NCBI GenBank assembly: GCA_963791605.1
Contig: CAWBTB010000002.1
Span: 108,887-172,886, forward strand
Origin: an uncultured Actinomycetota bacterium
GTDB taxonomy: Bacteria; Actinomycetota; Actinomycetes; Actinomycetales; Microbacteriaceae
Length of the DNA: 64,000 bases
Direction of reading: 5' to 3'
Shown here: positions 20,562 through 30,000 of the stretch, in pieces
Position numbering within the stretch: position 1 is the first letter of the stretch
Layout of the letters: each line of letters opens with the position of its first letter
Program-made: the position numbers and the translations under genes
The notes under the pieces: generated by a model
Told to the model about the DNA's origin: nothing
Database searches by the model: none
The model's input: only the letters and a program-made list of their open reading frames with translations

Positions 20562-21006
20562 TGCTGATCCTTTCCTGGGGGTGGCTTTCGGCGTCGGCCG
20601 GTGCGGCGTCGCACTCCCGGCAGATCGCCCGGTACGTGACGGACGCCTCGAGCAGGCGCATGCCGTGATCCTCGGCCGGGTGCAGGCAGGGCGCGGCGCC
20701 GATCGCGCACGACACCGTCTCCAGCCGGCCGCAGCGCACGCACTGCATGTGGTGGTGGTTGTCGTCGGGCTCGACCTCGAACAGCGCTCGATCGGCGTCC
20801 GGCAGGCTCACCCGGCGGATGATCCCCGCCGTGGCGAGATCGCCGAGGATCGCATGCACGGTCGGCAGGGCGATGCCGCTGCCGGCGACGGCGGCGTGGA
20901 TCCGGTCCGCGGAGCTGTGCGGCGCCAGGGCGAGCGCCTGCAGCACGGCGATGCGCTGCACCGTGACCCGCAGTCCTGCTCCGCGGAGGATCGATGAGGT
21001 GTCCAT
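20554..21006 (-). CDS. furA: Fur-family regulator FurA
   Basis: [33 protein letters not shown]-terminal CxxC; coupled to katG. Confidence 0.92.
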   Translation of the reverse strand: MDTSSILRGAGLRVTVQRIAVLQALALAPHSSADRIHAAVAGSGIALPTVHAILGDLATAGIIRRVSLPDADRALFEVEPDDNHHHMQCVRCGRLETVSCAIGAAPCLHPAEDHGMRLLEASVTYRAICRECDAAPADAESHPQERISID

Positions 21007-21018
21007 GCCTCCACGCTA

Positions 21019-21045
21019 GCTTTTCCTGAATGATTCAGGAAAAGC
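21019..21045. promoter_or_regulatory. Perfect 13-1-13 AT-rich palindrome, probable FurA operator
   Basis: GCTTTTCCTGAAT-G-ATTCAGGAAAAGC, 12 nt upstream of the furA start and adjoining a TAGCGT -10. Confidence 0.8.
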
Positions 21046-21110
21046 CGAGGTCCCGCGGGCGTGTCGCGCGCACCTCCTTGACCGCGATGACTCCTGCAGC
21101 TGGCGGAGGG

Positions 21111-22422
21111 TCAGAGACGGCCGGCGGCCTTGAGCTCGAGGTAGCGGTCCGCGATGCGCGGCGGCAGGTCTTCCGGATCCGCAGCGAGCGGCTCGCCGCC
21201 TGCGCGCCGGATCGCGTCGGCGACGCGCGCGGCGTCCTGAAGGGTGTGCTCCGCCGCGGCGGCGAGGTAGACGTCCTCGCGGGAGTCCCTCGCCCGCGCC
21301 AGGTCGCCGATCCGGACGTCGGTGGCGGATCCGACCAGGATCGTCGTGGCGCGCGACGCGTTCGGGAAGGCCCCGAGGAACGAGCGCGCGCTCTCCACCG
21401 CGTCCTGCGCGGTCAGCACCACGATCAGCGACGGCCGGGTGGTGACGGTGCGGATCGCGGCGAACGCGGCGCCCCAGTCCGTGTCCACGAGTCGCGCGTG
21501 CACGGGGGCCATCGCGTCGGACAGGGCGGGCAGCAGCCCCGGTCCGTCCACGCCGCTGACCCGCCCCCGCACGGTGCGGTCGAACAGCAGCAGGTGCACG
21601 TGGTCTCCCGCGCGCTGGGCGAGGGCCGAGAGCAGCAGCGCCGACTCGTACGCCGCGTCCAGCCGGGTGCCGTCGCCGACGCGCGCCGCCGAGGTGCGGC
21701 CGGTGTCGATCAGGATCACCACGTGCCGGTCGCGCTCCGGACGCCAGGTGCGCAGCATCGTGGTGCCGGCGCGGGCGGTGGCGCGCCAGTCGATCGAGCG
21801 CACGTCGTCTCCGCGCACGTACTCGCGCAGCGAGTCGAACTCGGTGCCCTGGCCGCGCACCTGCACGCTGGTGTTGCCGTCCAGCTCGCGCAGCCGGGCG
21901 AGCCGGGACGGCAGGTGCCGGCGGGACGCGAACGGGGGCAGGATCCGGATCGCCCCGCGCACCCGGTGCCGCCCCTGGCGTCCGGCGAGCCCGAGCGGGC
22001 CGACCGAGCGCACCGCGACGAACTCGCTGGACAGCTCGCCGCGACGTCGGGGGAGCAGCTCGACGCCGATCCGGCGACGTTCTCCGGCGGGCAGGTCCAG
22101 CCGCGCCCTGCCCCGCCCGGCGGCGCCTGCGGTGGGCTGCCAGGCGTCGCGGATCAGCCCGCGCAGGCGCCGCTCTCCGAGGTTCTGCACGATCACGGTC
22201 GCGGTCACCGTCTCGTGCTGCCGCCCCCGCGCCGGCACCTCGCGCGTGATCCGCAGCGCGCCCACCGGCGCGGCGATCAGCACGTCGATCCCGACCAGCA
22301 CGGCGCACAGCGCGAGCCAGCCCAGCAGCGTGAACCACGGCGGCACGTGCGCGCCGTCGAGCAGCACGAGCGGTACGACGCCGAGGGCGGCGACGAGCGA
22401 CGATCCGGCCGGTGAGGAACAC
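21111..22422 (-). CDS. DUF58 (vWA-like) protein; apparent frameshift near 22400
   Basis: GQGTEFDSLREYVRGDDVRSIDWRATAR, ILIDTGRTS, YLELKAAGRL; the MFLTG start is in another frame. Confidence 0.88.
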
Positions 22423-23541
22423 CTAGATCGGCACCCTGGTCTGCTGCACCACGCTGGTGAGCACCGCGTCGGGCGACACGCCCTCCATCTCGGCGTCGGG
22501 GCGCAGCTGCAGGCGGTGCCGCCAGACCGGGATGAGCATCGTCTGCACATGGTCGGGGGTCACCGCGGACGATCCGTTCAGCCAGGCCCAGGCCTTCGCC
22601 GCCGCGAGCAGCGCGGTGGAGGCGCGGGGGCTCGCGCCCAGCTGCACGGACGGCGACTGCCGGGTCGCCCTGGCGAGGTCGACGACGTAGCCGAGCACGT
22701 CGTCGGTGACCTGCACGCGGCCGGCGGCGCCCTGCGCGGCGAGGATCTCCTCGGCCGAGACCACCGGGTGCAGGTCGGTGAGCTCGCGCGGGGAGAAGCC
22801 GTCGGCGTGCCGGCGCAGCACGGACACCTCCGCGTCGCGCTCGGGCATGCCGACCACGAGCTTCATCAGGAAGCGGTCCAGCTGCGCCTCGGGCAGCGAG
22901 TACGTGCCCTCGTGCTCGATCGGGTTCTGCGTCGCCGCGACGAGGAACGGATCCGGCAGCGCCAGGCTCGCGCCGTCGGACGACACCTGCCGCTCCTCCA
23001 TCGCCTCCAGCAGCGCCGCCTGGGTCTTCGGGGGCGTCCGGTTGATCTCGTCGGCGAGCAGGATGTTCGTGAACACCGGGCCGCGGCGGAACTCGAACTC
23101 CCCGGTGCGGGCGTCGTAGACGAGGGATCCGGTGACGTCGCCCGGCATCAGGTCGGGGGTGAACTGCACGCGCTTGGTGTCGAGCCCGAGCGCGCGCGAG
23201 AACGAGCGCACCACGAGGGTCTTCGCGACGCCCGGCACGCCCTCGAGCAGCACGTGTCCGCGGGCGAGCAGGGCCACGAGCAGGCCGGTGACCGTGCCCG
23301 CCTGGCCGACCACCGCCTTGTCCACCTCGGCCCGGACGCGCTGCATGGCCTGGCGGAGCGCCGCGTCGTCGTCCGCGGGCGGCGCGGCCGACGGCACCGG
23401 GGCTGCGGATGGCGCGGATGGCACGGACGGCGCGGCGGGCGGAGCGCCCGGCGCGGACGAGAATTGCGGGGCGACGGCGTGGCCGTCGGGCGCGCCCTGG
23501 GCCGGGCCCGCCGGGGCCTGAGTGATCCGCGGGTCAGTCAC
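22423..23541 (-). CDS. MoxR-family AAA+ ATPase
   Basis: GHVLLEGVPGVAKT, RVQFTPDLMPGD, LADEINRTPPKTQAALLEAM, GASPRA. Confidence 0.95.
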   Translation of the reverse strand: MTDPRITQAPAGPAQGAPDGHAVAPQFSSAPGAPPAAPSVPSAPSAAPVPSAAPPADDDAALRQAMQRVRAEVDKAVVGQAGTVTGLLVALLARGHVLLEGVPGVAKTLVVRSFSRALGLDTKRVQFTPDLMPGDVTGSLVYDARTGEFEFRRGPVFTNILLADEINRTPPKTQAALLEAMEERQVSSDGASLALPDPFLVAATQNPIEHEGTYSLPEAQLDRFLMKLVVGMPERDAEVSVLRRHADGFSPRELTDLHPVVSAEEILAAQGAAGRVQVTDDVLGYVVDLARATRQSPSVQLGASPRASTALLAAAKAWAWLNGSSAVTPDHVQTMLIPVWRHRLQLRPDAEMEGVSPDAVLTSVVQQTRVPI

Positions 23542-24751
23542 GGGTGCTCCTTTCGATGCGGACCGCGTCCTCGACGGCGGTCTCCAGGTCGGTGAGGCTT
23601 CGGGCGTAGGGGACGAGCGCCGCGTCCGTGGCCGGGAGCGCGCCGGTCAGCAGCGTGCGGCAGGCCGCGCGATCCGCACGGATCCGGTCCGCGGCGGCAT
23701 CCGCGACGGTGCCGGGATCCGCGCGCGCAGCGAGGCCCAGATGCTTCGCGAGGCGGGCGGTGGTCCCGGCGCGCAGCGCCTCCGCGGCGTGCGCCGCATC
23801 CGCCGCCTTGGCGGTGAGCCTGGCGCGGCCGAGCATGGTCTCCGAGGCGCGCACCGTGACCGGCAGGGTCTCTGCGACGAGCGGGCCGAACCGCCGTCCG
23901 CGCCACACCGCGGCGAGCAGGGCGGTGAGCATCAGCAGCGCGATGGCGGGCGTGACCCAGCCGGGCGTGAGATCGGCGAGCGACTTCTCCGGGTCGGCGT
24001 CGGTGCGGTCGGAGTCCTGGTACGACGGCACGTACCAGACCAGGTGCGGCTGGGCGCCGAGCAGCGCGAGTCCGAGTGCGGCGTTGCCGTCCTCCGCCAG
24101 CCGCGCGTTGGTGAACAGCTCGGTGCCGTCCACGATCGCGCGCCTGCCCGAGCCGCCGTCCCGCAGCAGCACCGCGGCTCCGTCCGCGTCGCCGAAGCAG
24201 GCCGTGACGCCGGGGTCCGCCTGGAAGAGCTGGCCCGGCGCGATCGAGCCGATCCGCGCGAACGCGGCGACGTCGCAGTCCGCCTGCGCTCGGGCCGGGG
24301 AGGGAGCGGAGGAATAGGATCCGAGCCCGAGGATCCGCAGCATCCGGGCGCTCGCGGTGAGCAGCACGACATCGTGTGCGCGGCCGAGGAGCGCCTGCAC
24401 TGCGCCGTCGCTGAGGGTGTACGGATCGCTCATCACGAGCGTGGTGTGCCCGTCGAGGAGGTTCGCGGCCTCGCTGCGGGAGCGCACCACGTCGACCCTC
24501 ACGCCCTGCTGGCGGAGGATCTCGGCGAGCGCCCTGGTGCCCCCGGGGCCGGGCAGCTCGGGGTCGTACGTCTGGCGCTGGGAGCCGGAGGGCACCGTGA
24601 GCAGCAGGCCGGCACCGGCCACGACGATCACGAGTGCGACGATCAGCAGCCAGCCCAGCGCGCGGCGCAGCCGCCGCGGATCCCGGATCAGCGTGCCACC
24701 GGATTCCTCGGGCGGCGCCGCATCGGCCGGTGCGAGAACGGCCGATGTCAC
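23534..24751 (-). CDS. DUF4350 domain membrane protein
   Basis: GTRALAEIL..QGV, FTNARL....NAALGL.LLG, WRGRRFGPLV.E.LPV. Confidence 0.85.
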   Translation of the reverse strand: MTSAVLAPADAAPPEESGGTLIRDPRRLRRALGWLLIVALVIVVAGAGLLLTVPSGSQRQTYDPELPGPGGTRALAEILRQQGVRVDVVRSRSEAANLLDGHTTLVMSDPYTLSDGAVQALLGRAHDVVLLTASARMLRILGLGSYSSAPSPARAQADCDVAAFARIGSIAPGQLFQADPGVTACFGDADGAAVLLRDGGSGRRAIVDGTELFTNARLAEDGNAALGLALLGAQPHLVWYVPSYQDSDRTDADPEKSLADLTPGWVTPAIALLMLTALLAAVWRGRRFGPLVAETLPVTVRASETMLGRARLTAKAADAAHAAEALRAGTTARLAKHLGLAARADPGTVADAAADRIRADRAACRTLLTGALPATDAALVPYARSLTDLETAVEDAVRIERSTRD

Positions 24752-25455
24752 GCGGTCACCCGCGATCGATCACGGGCCGGCTCGGCGGCGCCGGTCCCGG
24801 CCGGATCCGCTGCAGGGCGCAGCGCGCGGAGCCGCTCATCGGTGCCGGCGACCCTGCGGTACAGCTCCGCGTCGCCCGGGTGGCCGAGATAGCGGACGTC
24901 GTCGAAGGTCACCGCCGCGGCGTGCAGAGCCTCCGCCTCGTCGGGGAACGGGACCACCGCCTCCCGGGCGATCGTCTGCGCGGTGGCGCCGGGGGCGGGG
25001 GAGAGCAGATCCCGTTCCATCAGCGCCCGGGCGATCGCGCGGTAGCGCAGCACGATCGCGGCCGCCCAGTCCTCCTCGCGCGCGGCGCGGTCCGCGTCGG
25101 TGCGCAGCTGCGCGGCCGTGCGATCATCGGCGGCGCCGAGCAGCACGGAACCGGCGGTGCCCGAGCGCGAGCGGCGCGGGCGTCCCCAGATCACCAGCAC
25201 GGCGACCAGGGCCGCGACCAGCACGATCCCGATCACGACCGCACCCCACGGGCCGATCCCTGCCGCGTTCCGGCCGGTGAACAGGTGCGCCAGGAATTCG
25301 GCGAACGCCCGCGCCCACTCATCGATCGGCGTGGGCTTGGCGGCCTGGTACTCCGGCTTGGCGAGCTCCTGCTCGGCGAGCCTCCGGGCACCGTCGCCGT
25401 CCGGGATCAGCGGGATCGCCGACAGCCCGCGCAGCATCACGATCAGCCGGGTCAT
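24748..25455 (-). CDS. DUF4129 domain membrane protein
   Basis: ELAKPEY, RYRAIAR.L.ER, PGATA, FDDVRYLG. Confidence 0.85.
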   Translation of the reverse strand: MTRLIVMLRGLSAIPLIPDGDGARRLAEQELAKPEYQAAKPTPIDEWARAFAEFLAHLFTGRNAAGIGPWGAVVIGIVLVAALVAVLVIWGRPRRSRSGTAGSVLLGAADDRTAAQLRTDADRAAREEDWAAAIVLRYRAIARALMERDLLSPAPGATAQTIAREAVVPFPDEAEALHAAAVTFDDVRYLGHPGDAELYRRVAGTDERLRALRPAADPAGTGAAEPARDRSRVTA

Positions 25456-26873
25456 CGATCCGGGGATCCGGGGGCCGCCCAGCCGTCATCCTGCGGCCGC
25501 GCCCACGGGCTCTCCTGCATCGGCGGAAGCGGCGCGGGGGCGGCCGACGGCGCGGCGGGCGATGCCGGGTACGCCGGAGGCAGCTGCGGGGGCGCCGGAG
25601 CCACGGGCGCCGGAGCCCCAGGCGCCGCGTACGCAGGCGGCGCCTGGTAGCCCGCCGGTGCCGGGTACGCGGGGGCCGGATACCCCTGCGGCGGCGCCGG
25701 ATACCCCTGCGGCGGCGCGGGATAGCCCTGCGCCCCGTACGCCGCCGGCGGGTAGTAATAGGGGGTCGCGGCCGCGGGCGCGGGACGGAATCCCCGCCGC
25801 ACCGCACGTCCGGCGTCGACGCGGAACGGATCGGATCCGTCGTCGTACCCCGCCGCCCTGCGCTCCATCGTCGCCATCAGATCCTGATCCAGCCCCTCGT
25901 AGCGCATGCGGCAGTCGATGTAGATGAGGGCTCCGGCGGTCGACTGCACGACGGCGCTGATCGACTGCACCACGACGACCGCGAGTTCGGTGATCACCAG
26001 CGACACGATCGCGGCGGTGCCGAACGAGGTCGCCGTGTCCCCGGTGGGGCTGAGCACCGCGCCGAACAGAGAGGTGACGAGGCCCGCGACCATGCTGAGC
26101 ATCTGCGAGAGGACGTAGAAGATCGCTCCGATCAGGAACACGACGCCGAACGCGAACCAGAACCGTCCGCGCGTGAGCCGCCAGGAGCGGACCACGGCCT
26201 CGCGGATCCCGGCCCCCTCGAGCACCAGCAGCGAGGGAACCAGCATGAGCTTGGTCCCGATCCAGATCGCGAGCAGCAGCACGCCGAGCATGCCGACGAT
26301 GCTGACGATGATCGTGAAGACGAGTCCCGCGCCCTGGAAACCCGTCGGGATCCCGATCGCCCCGAACGCGATCGCCATCACCAGGGCGACGGCCAGCACG
26401 GCGGCGAGGCCGTAGAGCAGGATGTAGCCGATCAGCCGCCAGGCGGCGGGCTTCACGCGCTGCCACAGCACCCGCAGGGTCGCCGGTTCGCGGAGCACGG
26501 CCGCGCGCACGTCCGCGGCCACGATGCCCTGCACGATCGCGCTGAACGCCGCCGAGAACAGCCCCATCAGCAGACCCGCGAGCCCGATGAAGGCGAAGGA
26601 CCCCAGGTACAGGGTGATCCAGTCGTCGCTGCCGGGCCGCACCGTGTCCAGGCGGGAGAGGGTCGCGGCGGCCACCCCGCCGACCACCGCGCCGACGACG
26701 ATCAGGACAGCCAGCTGCACCACGATCGCGAACCCGAACAGCACCTTCGGGTTGTGCCGCAGCGCCGAGAACGACTTGCCGAGCACGGTGCCGAACCCGA
26801 GCGGGCGCAGCGGGATCAGGCCCGGTTTGGGCGCGGGGGTCCACCCCGTTCCGCTCACAGTCTGTCCGCTCAC
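25452..26873 (-). CDS. Conserved polytopic membrane protein with a Pro-rich tail; first gene of the MoxR operon
   Basis: GWTPAPKPGLIPLRPLGFG..L..SF, RSW.LTRGRFW, YID.RMR.EGLD; true start likely GTG 26873 rather than 27341. Confidence 0.8.
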   Translation of the reverse strand: MSGQTVSGTGWTPAPKPGLIPLRPLGFGTVLGKSFSALRHNPKVLFGFAIVVQLAVLIVVGAVVGGVAAATLSRLDTVRPGSDDWITLYLGSFAFIGLAGLLMGLFSAAFSAIVQGIVAADVRAAVLREPATLRVLWQRVKPAAWRLIGYILLYGLAAVLAVALVMAIAFGAIGIPTGFQGAGLVFTIIVSIVGMLGVLLLAIWIGTKLMLVPSLLVLEGAGIREAVVRSWRLTRGRFWFAFGVVFLIGAIFYVLSQMLSMVAGLVTSLFGAVLSPTGDTATSFGTAAIVSLVITELAVVVVQSISAVVQSTAGALIYIDCRMRYEGLDQDLMATMERRAAGYDDGSDPFRVDAGRAVRRGFRPAPAAATPYYYPPAAYGAQGYPAPPQGYPAPPQGYPAPAYPAPAGYQAPPAYAAPGAPAPVAPAPPQLPPAYPASPAAPSAAPAPLPPMQESPWARPQDDGWAAPGSPDR

Positions 26874-27005
26874 GAGTCCTCCGGTTCGCGTGGTGGCTCC
26901 ATCGTGCCACACCGCCTGCGACGCGGTAGGCCGCGAAAGAATGCCAAGAAGGCGATCGCAGGGCGACGAATCCGTGATACTCGACCGACACGCTATTGTG
27001 ACGAC

Positions 27006-30000
27006 GTGACGAAGCACGCGCCCGCCTCCGCGGTGGGGATACGCGACCTGGCGCACTGTGCCGAAGCCATCGCCCTCGGGCGCTCGGTCGCGGTGCAGAC
27101 CATCAATTCTGCAGCTCCTGTGATGTTTCAACTGTTGCAGTATGGCGTCCTCGCGAGCCTCATCAACGGCGAGCCAGATAGTGCCACCGTCCGTCGCATC
27201 GCGCTGCAGTTCTCTCAGCTTGCTTCCGCTAACGACGCACGCGACATCGTGCCCCTCGTTGACTGGTGGCACATGGTGTTTCTCGGGGAAGCGCTCGACG
27301 GAAGCTTTCACCTCGGTGCGCGCGTTCCGAAACAGCTGCATGCCGCCCTGCGGCGCGCCCTACCGCACCGCAGGGCGCTCCTGCACCGGGCACTGCAGAG
27401 CTGGTACATACACAGTGTTGTTGCGTTGCGCCAGCTCGCCGATCAGCCGACTCCGACCGATCGGGTCATCTTCGAACGGCTGATGATCCAGAACGCGGAC
27501 GCTGCGATCGCCGCGCTTCAGGACGGTCGAGTCGAGTTGCTCGACGACATTCTCGGTCGATCTCCTGAGGACCTGGTCACACGGGCCGACCCTGGGCGCA
27601 CCATCCCGAGGAACGGGGTGCGATGGCCGGGACTTGTGGAACGCGCCCGCGAGTTGCAGGAAGCTGTGGCCTGCGCTCGCGAGACGGCGGTAGCAATGGG
27701 ATCGCTCGAGTCCGACACAGATTTCGACCCTGCTCGCATTGGCGGTGCCTCGTTCGGCCTCTACGAAAGCCTGGTGACGGGTGTCGAGCGCAACATGTGG
27801 GACTCAGTCTGGATTCCCGCACATGAACTCTCTCAGAACGCCGCCCAGTGCCTAGCCGCACTTCTTCACATGCTGGGTGTGCGCTCTGACGAGGTAGTGG
27901 CGGAGTGGGATGCGATCGACAGGGAGACCGCACCCTACCGTGGCGAGCTGAACAGCCTTCTGGGGGAAGCGTCGTCGGGGGTTGACACCGCGGCGGCGAG
28001 AGAAGCCGCCGATGCCCTGAGGTGGGGGCTCGTCGACGACGCCCAGGTTTGGATTGCGGAGTTGCGTGCGACACTCGCCCTCGAGCGGATGCGATTGCGC
28101 AGTGCCGCCCTCTCCGGATTGGTCGGTCGGCTTCACGACGACGAAGAACGGCGGCGCGTGCGCGCGCTGCTGGAGTCGGCGAACGTGCTTCTCGCCTCGG
28201 GCAACGCCACGCCGGTCTCCGATCTCCTGGCGCTCGCCGAGAATATTGTCGAGCGCCAGGGCGATGTGGCTTGGCCGTCCCGAACCGGTAACGCTGAAAC
28301 TTCGGACGAGGTCTGGCCAGATTCGGCAGATCACCCGCCCGACGGCCTGCAGGCCCGGGCGAGAACGGCTCTGGCGGCCGGGCACTTTGACGAACTGATT
28401 GCTCTAGCACCCAGCATGGTTGGCGCGGAGGATCAATGGTTCTGGCGTCTACTGGCCAACGAGGTACCGATCGCTTCGAGGGCAAAGGTTTGGGTCGGTG
28501 TGCGGCGGCCTTACCTGGAAGTAACTGAACGCAACGATGACCTCACTGGTCTCCTCCTGCCACCCCAGCCACCACGGGTCATATCGCTTTCCGGAAGTCC
28601 GGCCGATCGTTCGCTCCTCGTGCACCAGCCCAAGCGCGAGTTCACCCTCACGAGCCGAGAGATTCCCGTTGTCGATGGCGCGATCATCGCCCTCGAACAT
28701 TCCGATCCGGCAACCGCCGCCGACTTATTCCGGCAGTCGTTTCAAGAAGGCTGGTTCCCCGGACTGGGTCACGCCGTTGCTTGTTATCTGGAGGCGGGAC
28801 GCCCCGATCGCGCGCTGTCGAGTTACGCCGACTTTCTGGTCGCCTATCCAACGGGCTTCATCGCCCCCGGCGTCGCGTGGAACCTCGCCGTCGCATACGA
28901 GTGGGTGGGCGAGGTAGCGAGGTCCGCCGCCTCTCTGCGCTACTTCTTGCGCGTGCTGCCCGGTGACCTGATCGACGATCAGGCCACACAGATCGGTCTG
29001 TTCGAAAAGCGCCATCCTGGCGCGGTCGGCCAGATACCCGCGGTCGCGGCACTCGCCCCGGTGGAACAGCCCAGGTCCGGGACGGCGCGTACCAACCGAA
29101 CACCCCAGAGCGAAAACCAGTTGCAAGAGATCCGGGCACGCGAGGAATACGAGCGCGGCGACACCCGTGCTGCAATCGTACGTCTCCGGCGTCACCTCGA
29201 GAAGGTCCCCCGATCGCCCGCAGCGCATCAGCTCCTGAAGTACTATCGCGAACTCGGGCAGTGGGAGCCGGCCGAGAAGCTTATCGCCGACCTGGATAGG
29301 CGAGGTACCGCTTCGTGGCGTCACTTCGTTGAACTCGCACGGGTTCAACTCGTCTGCAACCGATTCGCCGAGGGCATCGCCGTGCTCGATCAGATCGTCA
29401 CCGCGAATGAAGGAATCGCCTTTGACGCCACTTATTCGGCGTTGCGCGAGCAGCTTGAACGGTCGCTCGATGAGGAGCACAGATCGAAGGAACGCCTGAA
29501 CCCGACTGCGCCGAGCGGTACGAGCGACCATGACGGACAGACGCCCCTGTCGCGCGACGACTTGCGCCGAGTCCTGCTTCGCTACGTCACCGACGGCGAG
29601 CTCGCGCGAGCGGTTGCCCTGGCTGACTCGTCCACATCGGTCGGATCGTGGGCTGCCATCGCCCTTCTTGAGGCGGTGCGCGACCTGTCGCCATCGCTGG
29701 CGGACGACGATAATCGCGCGCGCCTAATCGAAGTGCTCGCCCGGGCAAGCGTGCCGGTCGTCATCCAGACGGTCGAGGTTCTGCGCGTCGCCGCGGATCG
29801 CGAAGCTGAGTCAGCGCCGCGTATCCGAGCCGACGTCATCCGGCTGCTTGAGCTGGCTCGTGGATACGACGAGACTCCATTGCGCTCCATCCGGTTGGGC
29901 TGGACCCTCGCCCGCGCGCTGGAGGCAGCAGACCGCGAGCCAGAGGCGCAGCAGATTCTAACTGCCATTATGCCGCCGCCGCCCAATCGGGACGTCCTCC

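Noticed and set aside
17454-20567. 1037 aa plus-strand ORF
   Set aside because: Antisense shadow of katG/aqpZ caused by high-GC codon bias.
21111-26873. MoxR + vWA-like cluster as part of a ternary conflict system with the adjacent STAND protein
   Set aside because: It is the ordinary actinobacterial DUF4129-DUF4350-MoxR-DUF58 operon, with host-like composition, and is transcribed away from the islet.
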